The position numbers and the translations under genes are program-made. Shown here piece after piece: positions 56,251 to 64,000 of a stretch of DNA of 64,000 bases (the stretch's first letter is position 1; every line of letters begins with the position of its first letter). Where the stretch lies: the sequence record PQ464590.1; one strand, written 5' to 3'. The notes beneath the pieces were generated by a model. That model had not been told where the DNA came from, ran no database searches, and saw only the letters and a list, made by a program, of their open reading frames with translations.

Positions 56251-57175
56251 CAGGTGAAGCCTTATATAGCTCTTTTGCCATATCAATGATTTCATCACGC
56301 ATGTGGATTTTATTTACCCATTCTTCAGGAATGCCATCTAAGCCGTAATAAGCACCTGCGATTTGACCCGTAACGGCAGCTACTGTGTCTGCATCGTCGC
56401 CTAGGTTCGCAGCTAACAGTACTGCCTCCTTGAAGGAATGAGTCATTTGGAAGCACCACAATGCAGCTTCAAGCGTATCAACACAGTAACCAGTACTCTT
56501 GATATCATCACGCTTCTTAGTAAGGTAAGAACCTTCTAGAACTTTTTTGATATCAGGATCGGTAATCCCATACATGCTAACAGGATATGCATGGAAGTCA
56601 AGACATGTTTGCTTGTCTTCAAGATGGAATAAACGGTTCAAAATAACACCTAAGCCAACACATGCATCAGTCGCAGTAGTGTACGCGTGGGTAGTTTCTG
56701 AACTTTTACGAAGATTATAGAGTAGTGTAGTGTACTCTTCACTAAACGCTTCTTCAGTACTACCAAAGATAGCAACTGGAGCTAAACGCATAATGGAGCC
56801 ATTACCACAACTCAAGAAATCATCGTTATGTACAACAGTACCGTATTTGATGAACTCACGAATAGCGGTAGCAGTACTAACGCCAATGTCAAAACACTGA
56901 CCATTACTACTCATGTATCCATTTTGATACCATTCAACATAGTTCCGAAGTTGATCCTGTACGTTGAAACCTTCACTGATGAGGGATTCAGCTAAGCACA
57001 GTGCCATGCTGGTATCGTCAGTCCATTCACCTGGATTCAGATTGAACGCACCACCACCAACCATATCGGTCAGTACTGGGTACGTGTCACGATCTTTAAA
57101 TTCCAGTGTAGTGCCAATAGCATCACCTACCGCAAGACCAACTAATGCACCAATTGCTTTATTTTGAATACTCAT
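56231..57175 (-). CDS. ADP-ribosylglycohydrolase (DraG/ARH family)
   Basis: GLAVGDAIG...GEWTDDTSMAL...GNGSIMRLAP...LGDDADTVAAVTGQIAGA. Confidence 0.95.
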   Translation of the reverse strand: MSIQNKAIGALVGLAVGDAIGTTLEFKDRDTYPVLTDMVGGGAFNLNPGEWTDDTSMALCLAESLISEGFNVQDQLRNYVEWYQNGYMSSNGQCFDIGVSTATAIREFIKYGTVVHNDDFLSCGNGSIMRLAPVAIFGSTEEAFSEEYTTLLYNLRKSSETTHAYTTATDACVGLGVILNRLFHLEDKQTCLDFHAYPVSMYGITDPDIKKVLEGSYLTKKRDDIKSTGYCVDTLEAALWCFQMTHSFKEAVLLAANLGDDADTVAAVTGQIAGAYYGLDGIPEEWVNKIHMRDEIIDMAKELYKASPDAQVHF

Positions 57176-57417
57176 TTGAACTTCCCTCTGTATTGTTGAA
57201 ATGTTTTACGATACACAGAACCAACGAAATGCGATTCTTCGGATTGCATCAGACCACCTAGACATTTTCCAGAACATTGGTGACGAAGTAGGAAAAATCG
57301 AATACTTCTTGGATCTGATTGGAACATCTTCATTGCAGTTAATCTAGCTTTGGGAACTAGAACGAAATTACATATTGGACACTTCATTACTTCCATTCGC
57401 CAATCTCCGATTGTCAA
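57172..57417 (-). CDS. Zn-ribbon array member
   Basis: MKCPIC...HQCSGKC; TFQQYRGKF. Confidence 0.65.
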   Translation of the reverse strand: MTIGDWRMEVMKCPICNFVLVPKARLTAMKMFQSDPRSIRFFLLRHQCSGKCLGGLMQSEESHFVGSVYRKTFQQYRGKFK

Positions 57418-57621
57418 AGAATTTTCATTTCTTATGAACTACCGTTCAACGAAATTCAATTCACTTAATATTGTCAGTACTGAAATACTGACGAGGTTTG
57501 ATGAGGACATTTTCATCCCCCACTGGGGGATAGATATTAAAAAAGTACTTTTACAGTACTTGATTATGTCTGACGCTGGTAGCATCGGAACTTTTCGAAT
57601 TGTGAATTTCCCTGAATTTTA

Positions 57622-57957
57622 GATACAACTTACCCGTACTAAAATGGTCAGGAAACGAAAGCGGGTTGCTCTGTTTCTCTCTATCACAGTCTCATGCAAC
57701 GGTCGGGGTCTTAGCCCACTTCATGTACAGTCTATTCGAACAAACGTACATGCGGCTCATACGAGCCTCCCTTAGCAATCTGGTGTAGTGACCTACAGTT
57801 TACCTATCTAGGGAACAAATCTGCCTGAGTGTTCCTTTATAGTGCCGTAAACGCCGCGTACGGGTATCTCTGCACTCGCATGTACCGCCATGCTCATCCT
57901 TCCTCTACTTTTCGATTCAGGGTTGTCTAATCTCATTGAGATCGGTATTGTATCGTA
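57622..57957 (-). ncRNA. candidate ~335 nt structured non-coding RNA
   Basis: Starts just below a class-2 promoter; 5'/3' closing stem GATACAAT/GTTGTATC; many internal hairpins; no ORF. Confidence 0.6.
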
Positions 57958-57962
57958 CCTTG

Positions 57963-57994
57963 TATTATATCACATTTTTCAGGGATATCCCAAA
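57963..57994 (-). promoter_or_regulatory. class-2 phage promoter
   Basis: TTTGGGATATCCCTGAAAAATGTGATATAATA. Confidence 0.8.
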
Positions 57995-58465
57995 TTATTG
58001 CAACGCATCACGAATTAGGTTCAATGTATCAGCGAACCAATCATGACGCTGCTCAAGTTGCACTACTTTACCATGATACACGTAGTAGTGAACAATTGGT
58101 AAAGTACATTCCTTGAGAGCAGTCTTCAGATCATCGTTCTGGACAATCTTTGCTACCATTGCATCTTGTAGTATTTCAAGATCTTCCTCTGTTAAGGAAG
58201 TCACTACTCTGTGAAACTTCTGTCCAACGGATTTGGCAGTACTGCCATGTAATGAACGTAGCTCTTCATGTTTTTTACCAGTGACGTACCAGTAATAAAA
58301 AGCTTCCATACTGTTGAACTTACCATATGGTTCAAAGACGAATGGGGAGTATGCAAAATTAGATAGCATTCTCCCTAAGTGTGTCCGTCCCTTACTATAC
58401 GCGTTGAGGTGCGTATACCCGTCTTCAGAAGGATCATAGTATTGATCTTCTTCGAACTCAAACAT
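57995..58465 (-). CDS. NADAR-like protein (second paralog)
   Basis: LGRMLSNFAYSPF...FNSMEAFYYW...AKSVG; similar to 21082-21522. Confidence 0.6.
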   Translation of the reverse strand: MFEFEEDQYYDPSEDGYTHLNAYSKGRTHLGRMLSNFAYSPFVFEPYGKFNSMEAFYYWYVTGKKHEELRSLHGSTAKSVGQKFHRVVTSLTEEDLEILQDAMVAKIVQNDDLKTALKECTLPIVHYYVYHGKVVQLEQRHDWFADTLNLIRDALQ

Positions 58466-58466
58466 T

Positions 58467-58943
58467 TTATTCCGATTCTCCCCAGAAATCCAAGAGTAAT
58501 CCAGCTAGTGGGTTTACAGTATCGTACTGTAAACGATGTTCTAGTAGATTTGATTTATCAAAGATCTCATCGGTATTAGACATTATATTATTTTTACAAA
58601 CAATAATTGTCCATTCAACTGTAGTATAACTACCATCCACATGGTTTGATTTCAATGATAGAATACGATCTTTGTTCATACAAATAACAACACGATCAGA
58701 ACTGGCAGCGTTGGTATCCGAAACTTTTACTGAAATACTTTCTTTCCCAATAGGACTAATGTGAATATCATATTCAATACTATCTACTTCACATGATAGT
58801 TCAAGATTGAATGAAGAATTGTGTGCTACTTCAATAATTTCTTCACGTAATTCATGAAACCGGAATTTCTTCAAACATTTCAAAGCATTTATGGATAACA
58901 AAACACTTTTATCATCCGTTTCAATGAAGTCCGCATATAACAT
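58467..58943 (-). CDS. possible divergent EEExFQxST-module family protein
   Basis: LLEHRLQYDTVNPL near the C-terminus. Confidence 0.65.
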   Translation of the reverse strand: MLYADFIETDDKSVLLSINALKCLKKFRFHELREEIIEVAHNSSFNLELSCEVDSIEYDIHISPIGKESISVKVSDTNAASSDRVVICMNKDRILSLKSNHVDGSYTTVEWTIIVCKNNIMSNTDEIFDKSNLLEHRLQYDTVNPLAGLLLDFWGESE

Positions 58944-59308
58944 TATTGTGTATCTCCATCATCACCTTCTGGGTTCCCACGTACTTGTTTGAAGTCAATC
59001 CAAACACCACTCTTGTTCTTGAACTGACAAGAATCAAAGTACCATGAGTACTGCGTTTCAACTTGCTGCACTGATGAACGTACCGAACATGTATACATTT
59101 GACCAATCTGATATTTCACCAAATATTGACCACCTAAGATGAATACCAGAAGTACTGCTGCACAGGACTTCGGATAATCCATAATCATATCCAGTACTGA
59201 ACCGTCAGATTGGAAGATATCGAACTTGCTGATTACTTTTGACACCAGTTTGATGAACAGTACTGCGAATACGATTGACAGTACTAACATAAGACTAATC
59301 CAGATCAT
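58943..59308 (-). CDS. two-TM membrane protein
   Basis: Two hydrophobic segments; C-terminal Cys pair. Confidence 0.75.
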   Translation of the reverse strand: MIWISLMLVLSIVFAVLFIKLVSKVISKFDIFQSDGSVLDMIMDYPKSCAAVLLVFILGGQYLVKYQIGQMYTCSVRSSVQQVETQYSWYFDSCQFKNKSGVWIDFKQVRGNPEGDDGDTQ

Positions 59309-59856
59309 TTGTTTACTCCCATAATTTCAATGATTTGTTGTGCTAGAGACAGGCCAAGAACGTTCTCTGATAAAGTACTTTCTTGAAATGCTTGAGCTTC
59401 AAAATCTATAATATCATAGAACTCGTCCGAGATCAAGTATTTCTTTGAACCGATGTAAAATGAGAAACATACACGATTCACTGCCGCTGGACGGTTCACC
59501 ACATGAAACGGATTCATAGCGGACATATTCATGTATACGTTCTGGTTGTGATCATGTAGTACTGCACTAACTACAATAGAGCGAAATACCTCATCCACGA
59601 AATGATATGATATTTGGCAACGAGACTCATACACCTCATTCAATGTGGAATCCATCATTTGTAAATCAAATTCCTCAGTGAGAACAACCGATTTATTGTT
59701 CCTCTCAAAATGGTACTTACTCATGAATAGTTCAGAATCAGTATGTACAGCTTCGAACACGCTAGGGTCAATTTTGGAAACTAATTTTGTACCCTGGATG
59801 ATGAACGGTAGAATTGCTTGCTGTGCTTGTACGTCTAGTTTATGGTCTGCCATCAT
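59305..59856 (-). CDS. EEExFQxST-module family protein
   Basis: DFEAQAFQESTLSEN. Confidence 0.75.
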   Translation of the reverse strand: MMADHKLDVQAQQAILPFIIQGTKLVSKIDPSVFEAVHTDSELFMSKYHFERNNKSVVLTEEFDLQMMDSTLNEVYESRCQISYHFVDEVFRSIVVSAVLHDHNQNVYMNMSAMNPFHVVNRPAAVNRVCFSFYIGSKKYLISDEFYDIIDFEAQAFQESTLSENVLGLSLAQQIIEIMGVNK

Positions 59857-60325
59857 TTATCCTTTGTGATAAAAAATCAGTATCCACATCTACATTGGTA
59901 GTACTGAATTGGAACAACTTAGCTTCTAATTCATCATACCCATATGTTTGGGAGTTTATTAGAATTGAAGATTTTCCGAAAATTATACTCAGTACTGGTG
60001 ATTGATTTGATGTACAGTATAGTGTATGTAAAAGACCAGTACTTATATTATAGGTAGCTTTGAGAATAATTCTTCCACCAGCAGGATCTGTATCTATAAT
60101 AATATAGTCATTATCACGAGAACTTTGAACACGTAACGAAAATACATCTGGTATATTCTCGAAGTCCGCAATTAGCATAACATCTTCAATCGATGCCGCC
60201 TGTTGGATATCTTTCAAGTCCACTGATTCAATGATATTTGTTTGAATTACACTACATAGTTTCAATGCGTTGCGAACTTCATATGAACGCATAATTTCTT
60301 CAAATGGTTTTGGTTCCCGTTTCAT
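59840..60325 (-). CDS. EEExFQxST-module family protein
   Basis: ELEAKLFQFSTTNVD. Confidence 0.75.
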   Translation of the reverse strand: MKREPKPFEEIMRSYEVRNALKLCSVIQTNIIESVDLKDIQQAASIEDVMLIADFENIPDVFSLRVQSSRDNDYIIIDTDPAGGRIILKATYNISTGLLHTLYCTSNQSPVLSIIFGKSSILINSQTYGYDELEAKLFQFSTTNVDVDTDFLSQRINDGRP

Positions 60326-60917
60326 AATACTCCTTCAGATAGAATAGTTCCATAATGCTCACATCAGTATCAGTACTGATATCGTGAGAAAATGCTTCTG
60401 GGGTGTTTAGATCGTACAATACACCATTATAAATCATTTTGTCCGAACCGATGTACAACATAGTGTGTTCAATCTTACCACCATCTTCAGTGTTATCAGT
60501 ACTGAATGTAAAACTATTCAGATTCTTGTTTATGAATTTTAGATCAATGAGTTCACCATCACGAACCGTTAGTGATACGTTCAATCTAATATCATTTGGG
60601 TTCACAATATTATTTGGATTGTGCAATGCAGCACTTACTGTAAGTGGACCATTGATAGTTACATTGCCACCACCTACTGTTGATGTTCCAGAATTGTACC
60701 CAGTACTGACACTGTTATTATGCACATGTATACCTTGTGGTACTTCCCCATCTGCACAAACACTTCTCTTGAATGTTGTACATCGATTGATTGGGTTGTA
60801 TCGAATACTGAATGGAGTACTGTTGTACTCTTGAATCATTTCGGGGTAATCTGCTGGGATCAGCTTTATCATATCCATTAGATCTTTAGCTGATTGAATC
60901 CATTTTTGAAATTTCAT
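60300..60917 (-). CDS. hypothetical protein
   Basis: 205 aa; C-terminal beta-hairpin IGSDKMIYNG like 59305 and 59840. Confidence 0.75.
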   Translation of the reverse strand: MKFQKWIQSAKDLMDMIKLIPADYPEMIQEYNSTPFSIRYNPINRCTTFKRSVCADGEVPQGIHVHNNSVSTGYNSGTSTVGGGNVTINGPLTVSAALHNPNNIVNPNDIRLNVSLTVRDGELIDLKFINKNLNSFTFSTDNTEDGGKIEHTMLYIGSDKMIYNGVLYDLNTPEAFSHDISTDTDVSIMELFYLKEYYETGTKTI

Positions 60918-60930
60918 AAATCTCCTTACG

Positions 60931-60956
60931 AAAAAAGCGGGGAAGATTCCCCGCTT
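60931..60956 (-). terminator. intrinsic terminator
   Basis: AAGCGGGGAATCTTCCCCGCTTTTTT. Confidence 0.8.
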
Positions 60957-60961
60957 GTTGT

Positions 60962-61519
60962 TTACTTCAGTTTTAGTGGTTCTTGAATTCCAGTCTGCAT
61001 TGCAGTACGGGTTTTCTGGTCAGACACTACAGTACACCAATGTTCTACATCTTTACCAGGGAATACATCTGCATCAAGAATACGTGAGTTCCAGAAGCCT
61101 TTGCGGAACTTAGTGTACGCTGCACACTGGTCGATTTTCAACTTCTGTGTGTTAGCGAACTGTTTACGTCCACCTTCAATTGTTGCCAGTAGTTCTTGGT
61201 AAATCTTGCTATCCAGGTTCGGAATGTGCTGCTGGATAAAGGACATTACTTGCTTCTCGGTTACGCCCTGCTTACCGTTGAAATACTCACCGATAACGGA
61301 GCGTAGGTCAGAAACGTACATGTCAGCAATTTGTGTCTTTTCCTGAATAGTCATAGTGTAATTGCTTAGGTCATTCTCTGAAGCTTTGTACAGACGTTCG
61401 ATGTTGGATTCGAAATCAACTGCATCATCGTGTGCTCCAGTGTACATCGAAGAAATACCCAGAATACCCAGCAGGATTACAATCACAAAACCAACTACAA
61501 CAACGAGTGCCTTATTCAT
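60962..61519 (-). CDS. membrane-anchored helical protein (LemA-like)
   Basis: N-terminal TM followed by a long amphipathic helical region. Confidence 0.6.
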   Translation of the reverse strand: MNKALVVVVGFVIVILLGILGISSMYTGAHDDAVDFESNIERLYKASENDLSNYTMTIQEKTQIADMYVSDLRSVIGEYFNGKQGVTEKQVMSFIQQHIPNLDSKIYQELLATIEGGRKQFANTQKLKIDQCAAYTKFRKGFWNSRILDADVFPGKDVEHWCTVVSDQKTRTAMQTGIQEPLKLK

Positions 61520-62613
61520 AGTTCACGTACCCTCATTACATTTCCGACGAAGATTGAGATTAGCAGAAGTACTATCGAAATCGTGATAATAACTTCTTTC
61601 TTTGGTTCCATTTTGTACTTCATGTATTTGAATTCTTCGTTAGGAAGACGTTCAAACTTTTCACCGATAGTATGCACTTGTTTCTTCACTAAGTCAAGAT
61701 TCATTTGCTCAGAAAGTGCATTTACCCGCAAAGTAGCATGAAGCATTTCATTTTTCATACCCTGTGCAAATGATGTGCTCCTGAATGACTGTACTTTACC
61801 ATCGTCATCAAGACCGAACATCATAATAACGTCGTTCTTCTTACCACCACGCCATTTACTAACAAGAGCATCAGTATACATGGTATCTTTCGCGTTGTAA
61901 AGTACTACAACGATATTCACCTGCTTTTCTTTGCCCATCTTTTTCAGGACATTAGCGATATACGCTTCATAACCCTGGACAGAATGTTTAGTACTGTTCA
62001 CCACATGCGGAGAACGATAGTAATCGTACACGCGAGGGTAGTCTGGAATCGTCTTCTGGTACTCTGCATCATACGATTCACTGAACTTCTTCTCTGCGAA
62101 CAATGAATACTCATCAGCGAACAGATAGTTCATGTACTCATGTTCCGCACTAGCTGGTTCACCAATCTGTACTGCTGTCCAACGGGGTGGAGTTTTAGTA
62201 CCCTGACGGTTCACACGCTCAATCTCGTTCTCACCCACCGTACTCTTCACAATCCAGTCAACTTCGTACGCATAATCAAAGTCCTTATACGTAGTACATG
62301 ACTTTGTTCTTTTACCTTTAGAATCAGTACTGTAAGTACAGTGTTCACGTAGTGTGTAGTGTTTACACGAAGAACTTTGTGTACACCATTCAGTGTGCTT
62401 GTACTTCTCAGTTACTTCACCGTTCAGAATTTCCACATCTGACAACTTACTGTACAGTACTGCGTATGTGATTCCCAGTGCGATACAACATGCAACCAGC
62501 ATAATAGCAGTGTGAATGAAAACTTCCTTCATACTGATGGAACGGTCATAACGCCACTTCATGTACATCACTACAAGTAAAGCAGGGATTGCCAGTATTG
62601 CGAAATTCAACAT
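61516..62613 (-). CDS. three-TM membrane protein with large soluble domain
   Basis: Two N-terminal TM and one C-terminal TM; KWRGGKKNDVIMMFG. Confidence 0.75.
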   Translation of the reverse strand: MLNFAILAIPALLVVMYMKWRYDRSISMKEVFIHTAIMLVACCIALGITYAVLYSKLSDVEILNGEVTEKYKHTEWCTQSSSCKHYTLREHCTYSTDSKGKRTKSCTTYKDFDYAYEVDWIVKSTVGENEIERVNRQGTKTPPRWTAVQIGEPASAEHEYMNYLFADEYSLFAEKKFSESYDAEYQKTIPDYPRVYDYYRSPHVVNSTKHSVQGYEAYIANVLKKMGKEKQVNIVVVLYNAKDTMYTDALVSKWRGGKKNDVIMMFGLDDDGKVQSFRSTSFAQGMKNEMLHATLRVNALSEQMNLDLVKKQVHTIGEKFERLPNEEFKYMKYKMEPKKEVIITISIVLLLISIFVGNVMRVREL

Positions 62614-62673
62614 TTTCGTTTTCCTTTAATTACGGGGTACACGCATAATACCCCGTTCTAACCAAGCTGTCAA

Positions 62674-63360
62674 TTACTTTTGATCAAGAATTTTTAGACA
62701 GTATGAAATCTGTAATGCTTCACGTGCTGCATCATAAAGCGGGTGATGCAATTCAAGCACTCCTACCGTACCGTTCATATTGCTTACAAACGCTCCTAGA
62801 ACACGCTGTACGATGTCGTCCATCTCTGCACGCTGTTCTTCATTCAAACGGTTCTTGAGCGTCCTGGCGTTTTGAGGGGACGAATAATGCCATAGATCTG
62901 CATTACCATACAGTACTCTTGAGTTCTCTTGAAGAATAGAGCAATCGAAGTGGCAACCATTACCATACACTTCAGTACTGATAGAATCATCAACCCCGAA
63001 TTCATTACCGTATACGAATTGTTGAATTACATGCGGGGTGTAATGAACATAAGGATAGATGTATGAAACATTAGTATGAATTGCAGGTTTAGTTAGTGTG
63101 AATGACTTGATCATTTCAGCATGTGCACCTGGAAAATCTTTAGCACACATGTTGTGCCAAAAGTCCATAGTACTAGCACCAACACGCAAGCCCACGTCAA
63201 GCTGATCCTGTACTGGTTGTTGAATGTACAGGTATTCTAGATGGTCTGTATCAGGGGCATCAGGAATTGCAACGAATGCGAAATTAGGTACAACAACGGC
63301 ATAACCTGAATTCTCTGGATTTCCTAGTGATTCAATATCTAGGGCTGTCTTTCTACTCAT
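62674..63360 (-). CDS. DEDDh 3'-5' exo(ribo)nuclease
   Basis: TALDIESLG (ExoI), YGNGCHFDCSIL (ExoII), HHPLYDA (ExoIII). Confidence 0.8.
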   Translation of the reverse strand: MSRKTALDIESLGNPENSGYAVVVPNFAFVAIPDAPDTDHLEYLYIQQPVQDQLDVGLRVGASTMDFWHNMCAKDFPGAHAEMIKSFTLTKPAIHTNVSYIYPYVHYTPHVIQQFVYGNEFGVDDSISTEVYGNGCHFDCSILQENSRVLYGNADLWHYSSPQNARTLKNRLNEEQRAEMDDIVQRVLGAFVSNMNGTVGVLELHHPLYDAAREALQISYCLKILDQK

Positions 63361-63374
63361 ATATACTCCAATGT

Positions 63375-63402
63375 AAAAAAGGTACTCCGAAGAGTACCTT
63401 TT
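63375..63402 (-). terminator. intrinsic terminator with CUUCGG loop
   Basis: AAAAGGTACTCTTCGGAGTACCTTTTTT. Confidence 0.8.
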
Positions 63403-63417
63403 GTTTAGTTATGTATC

Positions 63418-64000
63418 TTACTTACGAGCATCTTCGCTGATGCTACGCAGGGTGTCACGCAGTTCGATACGCATCTGGGCCATTTCACGCTTAGCTGCTT
63501 CACGTTCTGCTTCACCTGCTTTCTGTACTGCGATGGTATCTTTGATACCCTGAATCGTAGTTTTCTGTACTTCACGTAGTGTTTTGATATCTACTACTCC
63601 ACGTTGTGCAGACTTAGCTGCTGTTACCATGTTAGTACTGGTCTGTTTCGCACTTTCTAGGAACAGACGGTTCGTTTCATCGTCCATCATCTCACCCAGT
63701 TCGTTATCACGACGCTGGCGGTCAGTAATCAGACCTTGTGCAATCTTAGATTTCCACGCTGGAATCACGATTGTTTTCAGAGATTCGAACTTGTCAATGG
63801 TGTTGATGTTCACACCACGCATTGCCATGATTTGTGGTGCGTTCAACTGGCACAGGTTGATAAGGCGGTTCACTTTATCTTCCTGCTTAGACAGTGCTTC
63901 ACAAATCATTTTCTGATGATCCAGAACGTGCATTTCTGTTTCTGGATTTTCTAGCAGGTCTTTCAGTTTAGCGTCTTCAACTTCACGCACTTCCTGAATG
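63418..64000 (-). CDS. telA: TelA-family toxic anion/tellurite resistance protein (5' partial)
   Basis: IVIPAWKSKI...DDETNRLFLESA...AAKSAQRGVVDIKTLREVQ; frame stays open to the window end. Confidence 0.75.
   Translation of the reverse strand, partial: IQEVREVEDAKLKDLLENPETEMHVLDHQKMICEALSKQEDKVNRLINLCQLNAPQIMAMRGVNINTIDKFESLKTIVIPAWKSKIAQGLITDRQRRDNELGEMMDDETNRLFLESAKQTSTNMVTAAKSAQRGVVDIKTLREVQKTTIQGIKDTIAVQKAGEAEREAAKREMAQMRIELRDTLRSISEDARK

Noticed and set aside
57622-57957. RNase P RNA assignment
   Set aside because: Short motif echoes exist, but the universally conserved P4 helix cannot form (AAAGTAGAGG vs ACCCGCTTT pairs poorly).

Overview
This window is the accessory region of a large lytic phage genome, probably an enterobacterial jumbo myophage (inferred from gene content and T4-style CUUCGG terminators; no database search was run). 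About 150 small ORFs are packed almost entirely on the minus strand, with one plus-strand Ig-like gene. Recognisable functions: a sigma70-family sigma factor, a C5 DNA methyltransferase, two NADAR-like proteins, an ADP-ribosylglycohydrolase, two PTH2-type peptidyl-tRNA hydrolase domains, an HNH endonuclease, a PD-(D/E)xK nuclease, an Ntn-hydrolase, a DEDDh exonuclease and TelA. There are 7 tRNAs: Gly-TCC, Leu-TAA, Asn-GTT, Ile2-CAT, Arg-TCT, Ser-TGA and an unusual Ser-ACT. The most striking unexplained structure: (1) at least 29 otherwise divergent 120-200 aa proteins share one C-terminal module, (S/T)EEExFQxS(T/L)xxD plus a helix; (2) a tandem array of 11-12 MqsA/YgiT-like zinc-ribbon proteins lacking an HTH; (3) several non-canonical tRNA-like RNAs and two ~300 nt structured non-coding transcripts; (4) strong enrichment of the palindrome AGTACT; (5) a second promoter class, TTTGGGAT-N11-ATGTGATATAATA, driving tRNAs and ncRNAs. 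Start coordinates were moved from the ORF track where the RBS or overlap pattern indicated a later start. RNA structures were folded by eye.
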